The notes below the pieces were generated by a model, which saw only the letters and a list, made by a program, of their open reading frames with translations, searched no databases and was not told the origin of the DNA. The position numbers and the translations under genes were made by a program. A DNA stretch of 64,000 nucleotides from a bacterium (GTDB lineage: Bacteria; Electryoneota; Electryoneia; Electryoneales; Electryoneaceae). This document shows, one piece after another, positions 1-9,325 of this stretch (position 1 is the first letter of the stretch; every line of letters starts with the position of its first letter). The DNA lies in contig CAXXKJ010000002.1 in the NCBI GenBank assembly GCA_963675295.2, positions 1,120,001-1,184,000 on the forward strand. The letters are read 5' to 3'.

Positions 1-139
1 TGCCTGAACAATCCCCCGATTTGATGTGCAACTGAACCGGCTGTCGGAAACCTCTCTCGTGGAGGATTCCGTACAGCAGGGGACGGGTGTCGCAAGTTGC
101 GCACACCCCGGCCCCGGACAATCCCACTCTGAGGAGAGT

Positions 140-673
140 ATGAAGACGACTCGCTTTTCGTTGCTGGCGGCGTTGCTGCCGCTGTTTGCCCTGCTGTTGA
201 TCCTGCCCGCGTGCAGCGATGATGATGACAACCCAGTGGATGCCGGTGAAACCGAACATCTGGAAGCGTTCGGTGTACGGCTGTTGCTCGGTGAAACGGT
301 GCTCGTAACGGCAGACGGCTCCGATGTGACCGGTACACTGGAGTTGACGGCTGGTGTGACCACTGACCTGATCACGGTCGAATTCCTCGACGAGGACGGT
401 GACTGGTTTGACCCGGCAGACGAAGATCATGATCACGAGGCCGCTCCTGCTGAGGAAGATCACGATCATGAACATGAACTCGCGCTGGTGATCGCGGACA
501 ACGGTGTCGCTACGTTCACCCTCGGTGAAGACATTGATGATGCACCTTCGCACTGGTCGTTGACGCTGACCGGGGTGGCTGCGGGCGAGACGACGTTGAC
601 GGTCAAAATCCTGCACGAAGGACACGACGACTACGTTTCACCCGAATTCACGGTGACCGTGGTTGAGCCGTGA
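140..673 (+). CDS. His/acidic-rich lipoprotein, probable metal (Zn/Ni/Co) uptake partner of the downstream TonB receptor
   Basis: RBS GAGGAG before ATG140; lipobox-like LPAC; DEDHDHE/EDHDHEHE tracts; GTGA overlap with next gene. Confidence 0.75.
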   Translation: MKTTRFSLLAALLPLFALLLILPACSDDDDNPVDAGETEHLEAFGVRLLLGETVLVTADGSDVTGTLELTAGVTTDLITVEFLDEDGDWFDPADEDHDHEAAPAEEDHDHEHELALVIADNGVATFTLGEDIDDAPSHWSLTLTGVAAGETTLTVKILHEGHDDYVSPEFTVTVVEP

Positions 674-2943
674 CCACTCGCTCATTCTCGAACGCTACGT
701 CGTTCACACGCGCCGCCGGATGGATCCTGATCTGTCTGGTGGCGCTGTGGCCGTCGCTTGATGCAACGGCGCAGGAGTCTGCGCAGGGCGTGCTGTCCGG
801 GCGGGTGCTGGACGAGCTGTCCGGTGCCCCGATTGACGGCGCGACGGTCCTGTTGGTCAATCACAGCGCGTCCGCCGAGACAGATGCGCTCGGCCGCTTC
901 CAGCTGCTGGTGCATACCGATCACGCCGACACATTGTTTGTCTCGCATCTGGCGTATCAGCCCCGGCGTGTGGTGTTACTCCCGCCGGTGCCGGTAGCTG
1001 AACCGTGGCTGGTTCGGTTGACGCCGAAGGTGCATGAGCTGCAGGATGTGGAATACGCAGAAACGATCACCTCGCAGGACGCCGCATTCGAGGGCGACCC
1101 GGTGGTCGCGTTGGGCGGATCGAATTTGCAGCAGGAGTTGGGCGCGACGTTGGCGGAAACGTTGACCGAGGAACCGGGTATCAGCCAGCGAACCATGGGC
1201 CCGGCACCGGCGCGGCCGGTGCTGCGTGGGCTCAGCGGCGACCGGTTGACGATCCTCGAGGACGGGCAGCGTACCGGCGACCTCTCCGCCACCAGCAGCG
1301 ACCACGCGGTCGCGATCGATCCGGCGGCGGCGCAGGAGATCACCGTCGCGCGCGGGCCGGAGACGGTGCTGTATGGCCCGGCGGTGCCCGGCGGAGTGGT
1401 GGATGTTGACCGTGGCATGATGAACGGGCAGCGGGTTGAAACCGTCAGCGCACGCTTCACCAGTCAGCTGGAATCGGTCAATCAGGGCGTGCTCGCAGGC
1501 GGCGATGTGACGGTCCCCGTCGGACCTGTCGTGTTTCACTTGGATGGCAGCCTGCGCAGCACCTCCGACATGACCACCCCGGACGGCGAACTGGGCAACA
1601 CGTCGCTGCACACCTCCAACCTCGCCGGCGGAGCGAGCTCGCATCCAGAATGGGGCATGGCTGGCGCTGCGATGACGGTGTACGACACGCAGTATGGCAT
1701 CCCCGGCGGATTTGTCGGTGCGCACCCGAACGGCGTCGACATCGAGATGCACCGGGAGCGATACGATCTGCGACTCGAACATCAGTCCGGCTGGGGTGCG
1801 TTGGAATCCCTCGAGCTGGATTATGCCTACGCGAAGTACGACCACTCGGAATTTGAATCCAGCGGCTCATTGGGGATGAGCTTCGGTGTGCTCAGCGACA
1901 ACGCGCGTCTCGTGGCGAATCTCGGTGAACAGCTCGGGTTCGATGCCGGCGCGATCGGGGTCAGTGTTGGATTGCGCGATTACGCGACCGGCGGGCTGAC
2001 ATTCACACCGAACACCAGCGAACGCGAATACGGCCTGTTCGCCTACGAACGGGTACGTATCAACGGCTGGCGGCTGCGTGCGGGTGTGCGCGGTGACATG
2101 AAGCAGGTACGACCGGACGAACTGCGGGTCAGCCGTGTGATCGGTGAGATCCGTGATCGTGACTTCGCCGGGGCGAGCGGGTCGGTGTACGCCGGCCGTC
2201 AACTGTCACGCGGGGTCGAGGCGCATCTGATGCTGACGCGGACGTTCCGTCCGCCAGGCGTCGAGGAGTTGTTCAGCGAAGGCCCGCACCTGGCGGCGTA
2301 TTCGTATGAAATCGGCAATCCGGACCTGACCGCCGAGACAAGCTGGGGTGCGGAGTTCGGTATCGCGCACGAACGCGGTTGGTTCCGGCAGGATTTCACG
2401 TGGTTCGCGACCCTGTTTGACAGCTACCTCTATCCTCGCAACTCCGGCCACCCGAGCGCCCGCCGCAACGACCTGATCGAATACCAGATGGACGCCGCGA
2501 ACGCCCTGTTCGCCGGGATTGAAACCACGATGGACCTGACCCTCGCGCCGGACTGGTTGCTGCAGGGCGCGGGGAGCTACGTACACGCGGAAAACCTCGA
2601 CGACGACCGTGCGCTGGAACGCATCCCACCGTTCAACGGCCACCTCGCGTTGACCTGGTCGCCGGGACGGTTCGCGTTCACCGCACGAACCGTCGGCGCG
2701 GCGCGGCAGTGGCGCACCGGTGAGTTTGAGGATCCGACCGCGGCGTACATGCGGTATGACCTGCTAGCGAAGCTGGAACTGCCGTGGGGGTTTGGCCTGC
2801 CGGGGAAGAGTTCCTTGCATGCGCTGACCGTTTCCGTGATCAACCTGACCGATGTCGCGTACCGGGATCACCTCTCCCGCGTCAAGTCGATCCTCCCCGA
2901 ACCGGGTCGGAATGTCAGTGTGGTGTACCGGGTGTATTTGTGA
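670..2943 (+). CDS. TonB-dependent receptor, ZnuD-like, with N-terminal carboxypeptidase-regulatory-like domain
   Basis: Signal peptide; plug motifs ARPVLRGLSGDR and SSDHAVAIDP; ELFSEGPH; C-terminal PEPGRN...VYL. Confidence 0.9.
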   Translation: MTTRSFSNATSFTRAAGWILICLVALWPSLDATAQESAQGVLSGRVLDELSGAPIDGATVLLVNHSASAETDALGRFQLLVHTDHADTLFVSHLAYQPRRVVLLPPVPVAEPWLVRLTPKVHELQDVEYAETITSQDAAFEGDPVVALGGSNLQQELGATLAETLTEEPGISQRTMGPAPARPVLRGLSGDRLTILEDGQRTGDLSATSSDHAVAIDPAAAQEITVARGPETVLYGPAVPGGVVDVDRGMMNGQRVETVSARFTSQLESVNQGVLAGGDVTVPVGPVVFHLDGSLRSTSDMTTPDGELGNTSLHTSNLAGGASSHPEWGMAGAAMTVYDTQYGIPGGFVGAHPNGVDIEMHRERYDLRLEHQSGWGALESLELDYAYAKYDHSEFESSGSLGMSFGVLSDNARLVANLGEQLGFDAGAIGVSVGLRDYATGGLTFTPNTSEREYGLFAYERVRINGWRLRAGVRGDMKQVRPDELRVSRVIGEIRDRDFAGASGSVYAGRQLSRGVEAHLMLTRTFRPPGVEELFSEGPHLAAYSYEIGNPDLTAETSWGAEFGIAHERGWFRQDFTWFATLFDSYLYPRNSGHPSARRNDLIEYQMDAANALFAGIETTMDLTLAPDWLLQGAGSYVHAENLDDDRALERIPPFNGHLALTWSPGRFAFTARTVGAARQWRTGEFEDPTAAYMRYDLLAKLELPWGFGLPGKSSLHALTVSVINLTDVAYRDHLSRVKSILPEPGRNVSVVYRVYL
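2837..2943 (+). repeat. Direct repeat copy 1 (3' end of TonB receptor gene)
   Basis: 107 nt, gap-free alignment with 3685-3791, 13 mismatches by hand count. Confidence 0.95.
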
Positions 2944-2965
2944 GTCCGCTTTTATTAAGCGAGAA

Positions 2966-2994
2966 AATCCCGGATTCCACAGCAATCCGGGATT
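2966..2994. terminator. Hairpin between convergent genes
   Basis: AATCCCGGATT-ccacagc-AATCCGGGATT inverted repeat. Confidence 0.55.
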
Positions 2995-3017
2995 GATACT
3001 TCAGGGTGCAATTCAGT

Positions 3018-3377
3018 TTATACTCGGATGATATCACCCTTCAACGAATACAGAATTGCGAGAACATCCTTCTGTTCTTGCTCGCCAATGTTGTTCTTGT
3101 TCATAGCCAGGAACACATCATCAATGGCTGCGATGTACTCTTCCTCTGAGATGTTCATGCCCTTGTGCGTAGTGAGCATATCGCGTCCAGTGTACTCTTG
3201 CGGACCACCAGAACCGGCACAGAAGAATTCGACCAGCATCCGTTTGGCATGATCGACATCCTCAACAACCTCGAAACGCGTGGCAATAGTTTTGTTGGCG
3301 AAATGCGCATCAACAGCATCGTCAACGAGTTTCGTGATAGCTTCTTCTCCCCCGAGACGTTCGTAAAGCGTACTCAT
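3018..3377 (-). CDS. Group I truncated hemoglobin (GlbN-like)
   Basis: MSTLYERLGG, FFCAGSGGPQEYTGRDM..TH.GMNISEEEY motifs. Confidence 0.9.
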   Translation of the reverse strand: MSTLYERLGGEEAITKLVDDAVDAHFANKTIATRFEVVEDVDHAKRMLVEFFCAGSGGPQEYTGRDMLTTHKGMNISEEEYIAAIDDVFLAMNKNNIGEQEQKDVLAILYSLKGDIIRV

Positions 3378-3501
3378 CCCATCCCCTGCCTTCCTTCGGC
3401 TGATCATGAACGTATCGCCATCCCAGCCCCAGATGGCGATCGAGTCAGGTTCACGCATCATGTGGCTAATAAATCCAGGATGCGTGCAGATAACGCAGAA
3501 G

Positions 3502-3527
3502 GTTAGGAATTCCTAACAATTTGTCAA
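3502..3527 (-). promoter_or_regulatory. Putative globin promoter with a 16-bp perfect palindromic operator
   Basis: GTTAGGAATTCCTAAC at 3502-3517; minus-strand TTGACA at 3522-3527 and TAACCT 16 nt downstream. Confidence 0.5.
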
Positions 3528-3684
3528 GTTGAATTCTGTCTTTCTTTGGGCTGAGAGCCTGCGAGGAACCTCACTTACAGCGCGATAGCTTCCTCAAATT
3601 GCCAGCGAGAAGGTTGTCGGATCTGCGGACGTTTGCTTCAGAGGTAGTTCAACATCCGCGTGTCGTAGATCAGCATGGTGTGTA

Positions 3685-3791
3685 TGATCAACCTGACCGA
3701 TGTCGCGTACCGGGATCATCTGTCACGCGTCAAGTCAATCCTTCCCGAACCCGGGCGGAATGGCAGCGTGGTGTGTCGGGTGTCTTTGTGG
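3685..3791 (+). pseudogene. Displaced, diverged copy of the TonB receptor 3' end (direct repeat copy 2)
   Basis: Encodes INLTDVAYRDHLSRVKSILPEPGRN; stop mutated TGA>TGG; no upstream gene body. Confidence 0.9.
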
Positions 3792-4004
3792 GGATGCTTG
3801 CACGCGACGGAATACGGAGACAATCCTTGTGTAGCCGGGAGAGTGACGAACCCTCTAAAGGTGTTGTCGCTACGATTTAAAAAGGTCGCTCTGGTTTTTG
3901 GAATTATTTATTCCCGATTTAGCCTGTTCTGTTTCGATCCTTACAAATGATCATTACCTTCAGAACCAGTTGGTACGAAAAAAGTGATTTTCGCGTAGAG
4001 GGAA

Positions 4005-5579
4005 ATGATGAAGAATCCAGTTGCCGCACTGAGTTTTTTCGCCTGCCTGGTGTTGATGGGAACGATATCCTGGGCACAAGAACCGGAGATCTTGTGGGTG
4101 AAAACGTTCGGAGGTCCCGTATATGATTGTGCCGAGAGCGTGAAACAAACATCGGATGGCGGTTTTATTCTGGCGGGGTCCTCCACTCGACCGACTTCCC
4201 CGCAGAATCGCGATGATGCGCGGTTGATCAAGACGGATGAGAACGGAAATCTGGAATTAGCCCGTAGCTTCGGCGGCGAGGGTTGGGATAGTGCAAACAG
4301 CGTTGTGCAAACCCAGGATGGCGGCTACATCGTCGCTGGATACACCCAATCTTTTGGCGCCGTATTAAGAGACCTGTGGTTGTTCAAATTGGATCCAATG
4401 GGCAACCAAGTCTGGTCTCGATTGTTTGGTGGAGATAGCAGCGAGGAAGCGTATGATGTCATTCAAACGTCAGATGGCGGATACCTCGTAGCTGGTTACA
4501 CAGAGTCCTTTGGCTCAGGTCAACGAGATGGATGGTTGATCAAAACGGATGCGAATGGAATTGAGGAATGGTCGCAAGTTCTGGGTGGAACCGATTATGA
4601 CATTTTTTCACAGGTCAACAGTACGTCGGATGGCGGATATATCGTGACGGGATATACCAAGTCCTATGGCGCTGGGAATTACGACGGTTGGATTGTTAAG
4701 GTGGATGAGAACGGATCTCTTGAGTGGTCTCAGGTATTCGGCGGGACGAACTATGATAGACTTGAAGCTGGTCAACAGACCACAGATGGGGGTTACATTT
4801 TCGCCGGATACAATGGTTCTCTATCGTACTACTATGTTGCCTGGTTGATTAAAACCGACGCGAGCGGAAATGAAGTCTGGTCACAAACCTGGTCGATCTA
4901 TGCTTTTGAATATTTCTTCCGAGATGTTGTTCAAACCCCTGATGGTGGGTACATCATCACCGGAGCTTTCGCCACCATGGACTCACACTACAATCTGGCT
5001 GTCGTAAAAACCGACAGCCAGGGGAATGAAGAATGGAATCAAACCTTTGGTGGGCAGAATGACGAACAAGCCTATGATGTTGAACTCACTGACGACGGGG
5101 GGTATGTTGTTGCGGGAATCACGTATACTGTACTTCCCGCTGGTACGACTGACATGTTGTTTCTCAAAATTGGAACGAGTCCGACTGATCCTGCCATCAC
5201 AATCTCTCCACTGAACCCGCCAATCTATATCCCGGCAGCTGGCGGTTCGTTCAGCTTCAATGCTGTCATCGAAAATCTGGCGGATCAAGCGATCACCGTC
5301 GACGGTTGGACGGAAGTCGACCTGCCGAACGGAACGACCTATGGCCCTGTCCTGGTAAGACAGAACCTGACCATTCCCGCGGGTGGGGTGATAGACGTAA
5401 CGCTTTCGCAGGACGTACCGGGAAATATTCCTACTGGTGAATATGTCTACCGGGCACATGTCGGGCAGTTTCCCAATGGCAGCGTGAATTCCAGCGAGTT
5501 CACGTTTGATAAGGTACCTTTCGCCGGGACAAGCACTGTGAAACAGTGGACTGTAAGGAAGAACAGCGTAAGTGAGTGA
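4005..5579 (+). CDS. Secreted beta-propeller repeat protein with C-terminal Ig-like domain
   Basis: Signal peptide; about 7 repeats of W..TFGG...D.A..V.QT.DGGYI.AG...W.IKTD.NG. Confidence 0.85.
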   Translation: MMKNPVAALSFFACLVLMGTISWAQEPEILWVKTFGGPVYDCAESVKQTSDGGFILAGSSTRPTSPQNRDDARLIKTDENGNLELARSFGGEGWDSANSVVQTQDGGYIVAGYTQSFGAVLRDLWLFKLDPMGNQVWSRLFGGDSSEEAYDVIQTSDGGYLVAGYTESFGSGQRDGWLIKTDANGIEEWSQVLGGTDYDIFSQVNSTSDGGYIVTGYTKSYGAGNYDGWIVKVDENGSLEWSQVFGGTNYDRLEAGQQTTDGGYIFAGYNGSLSYYYVAWLIKTDASGNEVWSQTWSIYAFEYFFRDVVQTPDGGYIITGAFATMDSHYNLAVVKTDSQGNEEWNQTFGGQNDEQAYDVELTDDGGYVVAGITYTVLPAGTTDMLFLKIGTSPTDPAITISPLNPPIYIPAAGGSFSFNAVIENLADQAITVDGWTEVDLPNGTTYGPVLVRQNLTIPAGGVIDVTLSQDVPGNIPTGEYVYRAHVGQFPNGSVNSSEFTFDKVPFAGTSTVKQWTVRKNSVSE

Positions 5580-5644
5580 ACCTGCTGATACCAGTTCAGC
5601 GCGGGAATGTGGACGATAAAAGAGTCGCCGTTCGGATTAAACAA

Positions 5645-5676
5645 AAAAGCCGCGTCTCTTAACAGACACGGCTTTT
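5645..5676. terminator. Bidirectional intrinsic terminator
   Basis: AAAAGCCGCGTCT-cttaac-AGACACGGCTTTT between convergent genes. Confidence 0.75.
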
Positions 5677-5692
5677 AAGTTTTTACAATGGG

Positions 5693-7204
5693 TCACTTCC
5701 GTTTCGCCTGCTTCAACTTATCGGCGAAGAGGTCGCCGAGTGTGCCGGCTTTCGGTGCGGAGGCGGTGCGTTCCTTGTGCAGCTTGCAGTTGAGGAAGCG
5801 CAACGGAAACATGGTGCACTTGTCCTCGAGGCACTTGTCTTCCGGGCAGAACCAGTCGGGCATCTTGTCGTCCGGGCGCAGGTCAGTGCGTACCAGTTCG
5901 ATAATCTCCTGCCATGACAGGGCGCTCGGTTCGACGTCCGGCGCTTTCGCGCTGCCACGGTTGAGCAGCCGCTTCGACGGGTGCAGGAACCAGCCTTGGA
6001 AGATGCCGACCCGTCCCAGATCACGCGGAAGCTTTGCGCCGTTTTCCTTGCGGCGGATGATTTCCGCGCCACGCAGGCGTTTTGCGACACGTTCCAGGTT
6101 CAGCAACGGGCTGCCGTCCTTGCGCATCCCGGCCTGCAGCGTGACGGCGTGCGTTTCCGGATGGTAGTACAGCACCGCCTGCACGCCACGACGGTAGCGC
6201 GCGGCCTTGATCGTGAGGCCGTTCTTGGACGCGATCGATGCCATCGAGACGCCGCGTCCACGGTGCACCTTCGCGCTGCGTTCGATTTCGTCGATGGCGT
6301 TGAACCAGTCGGCTTCGCGTTGAATGATCGCGGTGAACAATTTCAGCGTGACAGACTGGTATGTTTCCGATTCCTCACCGAATTCCTTCGCCAAACCATC
6401 CAGCGCGGCGGTGAGCAGGATACGCCGTTCGACTTCCGCTTCCGGCAATGCCTGGTCGCCGCTGGCGATCAGTTGTGACGCGAACGAGAGCAATTTTTCC
6501 ATGTCCCGCCGGGCTGTCCAGCCCATCTGCGACGCGATCTCGTGCGACGTGCCCCGTTCCGGCCACTCGTTCGGGGATTTGCGCTCGATGAAGTTGCTCT
6601 CGAACGTCCCTGTCTGCAGCACGTAGCTCAGTGTGCGGTCGAACCGTTCGGCGGTTTCGTTCGGCGGATCGGGTTCGTTCTCGCCGGCGACCGCGAGGCC
6701 GTGCAGCATCATGCTGATCAGCTCGACAACGTCCTCGTCTGATTCGGCCAGCTGGTGCACGCCTTCGATCAGGCCGTGCGGGGCGAGCAGGTGATGCACC
6801 GCCTGGCGGCTGGTCATCGCCTGGCCGCGGGCGTCATGCGCGTTGGTGTAGGGCAGCAGGTAGCGGTAGCGTGGGTTGTCGTCCACGCCGACAGCCTGTG
6901 CGACGAGTTCGGACGCGCAGACGTCCCACTTGTCCACGTTCTTCTGCCCTTCAACGGGATGCGTGTCGAGGCGTCCCCCGCCGGTGTCAACGGCGAGCGT
7001 GCCTTCCTTTTCGAGCTGGTCGGCGGTTTTGCCGTCGGGGAGCTCGTTGGCGGAAACAAACTGCAGCTGGGCGTCCTTCACACCGGGGAAATGCTTCTCT
7101 CCGTGTTGCCGCAGCAGGTAGACGGAAAAGACAGCGTCAAGGTCGGGGTGGACGTGCGTCAGCAGAGTTGTAACGGTGATCGGTACGTCTGGTGTCGGAT
7201 TCAT
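5693..7204 (-). CDS. Hypothetical protein with DHH/MYG1-like N-terminal phosphoesterase motifs and C-terminal Cys cluster
   Basis: THVHPDLDA, AVDTGGGRLDTH motifs; C-x4-C-x4-C-x9-C near C-terminus; start set at ATG7204. Confidence 0.65.
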   Translation of the reverse strand: MNPTPDVPITVTTLLTHVHPDLDAVFSVYLLRQHGEKHFPGVKDAQLQFVSANELPDGKTADQLEKEGTLAVDTGGGRLDTHPVEGQKNVDKWDVCASELVAQAVGVDDNPRYRYLLPYTNAHDARGQAMTSRQAVHHLLAPHGLIEGVHQLAESDEDVVELISMMLHGLAVAGENEPDPPNETAERFDRTLSYVLQTGTFESNFIERKSPNEWPERGTSHEIASQMGWTARRDMEKLLSFASQLIASGDQALPEAEVERRILLTAALDGLAKEFGEESETYQSVTLKLFTAIIQREADWFNAIDEIERSAKVHRGRGVSMASIASKNGLTIKAARYRRGVQAVLYYHPETHAVTLQAGMRKDGSPLLNLERVAKRLRGAEIIRRKENGAKLPRDLGRVGIFQGWFLHPSKRLLNRGSAKAPDVEPSALSWQEIIELVRTDLRPDDKMPDWFCPEDKCLEDKCTMFPLRFLNCKLHKERTASAPKAGTLGDLFADKLKQAKRK

Positions 7205-7454
7205 GGGGGGCAAGCTACGGAGGCGGCTCAGGGTACGCAACAGAGATGGCGGCTCCCCGCGCTGTCCCTCCAGGAACCGCAGAACACGAAAAGTTATTGC
7301 AGGGTTACTAGTTGTGAGAGCAGCTTTTCGTATTGTGATTGACGGCACAGTCTTTGGTTTTCCAAACACTTTCCTTTATCGTGACTACGATACGGGTTGC
7401 GCGGTGCGTAGTTTTCGTCTCACCTTAGGACTCCGGGAGAAGCTGGGTAGGGGT

Positions 7455-9188
7455 ATGGCAGACAAATTGAACCAGAAATCGATCCTCGAGCAATGTGAGT
7501 CGATTGAGGATCCTCGCATCCGTCATCTGATCGCGACGGTCGTCGCCGACCTGCGCCGTTTCGCGGAAGAGCAGGTGGGGCAGTTGGACGATCTGGTGGA
7601 GATCGGTGTCGCGATGTCGTCGCAGGAAGATATCGCGGCGGTGCTCGAGATGATTCTCGGGCAGGCACGGAAAGTGACGCACGCCGACGGTGGGACGTTG
7701 TATCTCGTCAGCGATGATCACCGCTTCCTCGATTTCCACGTGGTGCATAACGACACCTTGAACATGCATCAGGGCGGCACCTCCGGTGTGCCGGTCAACA
7801 TTCCGCCCGTTCCGCTCTTCACCGGCGACGGTGAACCCAACCACACGAACGTTTCCGCGCATGTCGCGCACGCCGGTGAACTGGTCAACATTCCCGATGT
7901 GTATGAGTATGAGGAAGAGAAGTTTGATTTCCGTGGAGCTCGTGCGTTCGACAAGCAAATGAACTATCGCGGAACGTCGATGCTGACGGTGCCGATGCGG
8001 GACCATACCAACACCACGATTGGCGTGTTGCAACTGATCAACGCCAGCGAGGTGGACAGTGGTGAAGTGGTTGAGTTTGACACCACGCACGAACGCCGGG
8101 TGATGTCGTTGGCAAGCCTGGCGGCGGTGATGTTGACGCAGCAGCAGTTGATCGCTGAAATGAAGCAGTTGTTCAACTCCTTCATCCGGGCAATTGCGAC
8201 TGCGATTGATGCCAAGTCGAACCACACTGGCAACCATATCGCGCGGGTCACCGAGCTGACGATGATGATCGCTGGCGAGGTGAATCGGACGAAGAAAGGT
8301 CCGTTCGCGAAGACGACGTTCACCCCGGACGAGATTGAAGCGCTGCGGATCGCGACGTGGCTGCACGATACTGGCAAGATCACGACGCCCGTGCATGTCG
8401 TTGACAAGGCGACGCGGCTGGAGACCGTCTTTGACCGGATCGAACTGATCCGGACTAGGTACGCGTTGATGCGGGAACAGGCGAAACGGCAGGCGTTGGA
8501 GAAGATGCTGGCGTCCGGAGCACATACCAACGGCACTGGCAAGCAGTCACGCGACAAGGTGCAGCGTGAGCTGGACCGGACCTTGGACCAGCTGGACAAG
8601 GACTACGCATTCCTCGAGACGATGAACAACGGCGACCGGTTCATGGACGAGGAAGCGCTGGAGAAGCTGGCGAAGATCGCGGGCCGTACGTTTGAGGGCA
8701 AGGACAAGCCGCTGCCGGCGTTGACCCAGGACGAAATCGCAAACCTCTCGATTCCTAAGGGGACGTTGACCTGGGACGAACGCCAGATCATCAACAACCA
8801 CGTCGTGATGACCGAGCGTATCCTCGAGGAGATCGCGTGGCCGGGCAACATGAAGGATGTGGCGAAGATCGCCGCCGATCATCATGAGAAGCTGAACGGT
8901 CTTGGCTACCCGAAGGGATTGAAGGGCGACGAAATCCTGCTGCAGTCGCGCATCATGGCTGTGGCGGATATTTTCGAGGCGCTGTCGGCGAAAGACCGGC
9001 CGTACAAGGCACCGATGAAACTGTCGCAGGCGATCAAGATACTACGCTTCATGGTCAAGGACGGCGATCTGGACGGCGATGTGGTTGAGCTGTTTATCAG
9101 CTCCGGGCTGGTGTTCGAGTACGCGAAGGAACGCTTGAGTCCAGACCAGATTGATGTGACGGCGCCTGAAGTGATCAAGACGCACTGA
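7455..9188 (+). CDS. GAF + HD-GYP cyclic-di-GMP phosphodiesterase
   Basis: GAF (ADGGTLY, SMLTVPMRDH); LHDTGK; HHEKLNGLGYP; ADIFEAL..DRPYK. Confidence 0.9.
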   Translation: MADKLNQKSILEQCESIEDPRIRHLIATVVADLRRFAEEQVGQLDDLVEIGVAMSSQEDIAAVLEMILGQARKVTHADGGTLYLVSDDHRFLDFHVVHNDTLNMHQGGTSGVPVNIPPVPLFTGDGEPNHTNVSAHVAHAGELVNIPDVYEYEEEKFDFRGARAFDKQMNYRGTSMLTVPMRDHTNTTIGVLQLINASEVDSGEVVEFDTTHERRVMSLASLAAVMLTQQQLIAEMKQLFNSFIRAIATAIDAKSNHTGNHIARVTELTMMIAGEVNRTKKGPFAKTTFTPDEIEALRIATWLHDTGKITTPVHVVDKATRLETVFDRIELIRTRYALMREQAKRQALEKMLASGAHTNGTGKQSRDKVQRELDRTLDQLDKDYAFLETMNNGDRFMDEEALEKLAKIAGRTFEGKDKPLPALTQDEIANLSIPKGTLTWDERQIINNHVVMTERILEEIAWPGNMKDVAKIAADHHEKLNGLGYPKGLKGDEILLQSRIMAVADIFEALSAKDRPYKAPMKLSQAIKILRFMVKDGDLDGDVVELFISSGLVFEYAKERLSPDQIDVTAPEVIKTH

Positions 9189-9325
9189 TTCGTCGATAAA
9201 CGGCTGGAACTTCCTCCCGTCAGTTCGGTACATTCGATAGCACACGAACCATACGAACCCCTGCGGCGAACATTGCGCCGTGGGGTTTCGCTCTCTCGGA
9301 CACAGCGCAACCGGTGGGGATTGTC

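Noticed and set aside
2837-3791. Diversity-generating retroelement TR/VR pair
   Set aside because: Mismatches are mostly synonymous and not adenine-specific, and there is no reverse transcriptase in the window.
3675-3950. 91-aa ORF as a real gene
   Set aside because: It is the displaced TonB tail reading through a mutated stop into non-coding DNA.
7176-7454. Overlapping N-terminal extensions of the two divergent genes
   Set aside because: Better starts at 7204 (-) and 7455 (+) leave a normal intergenic region.
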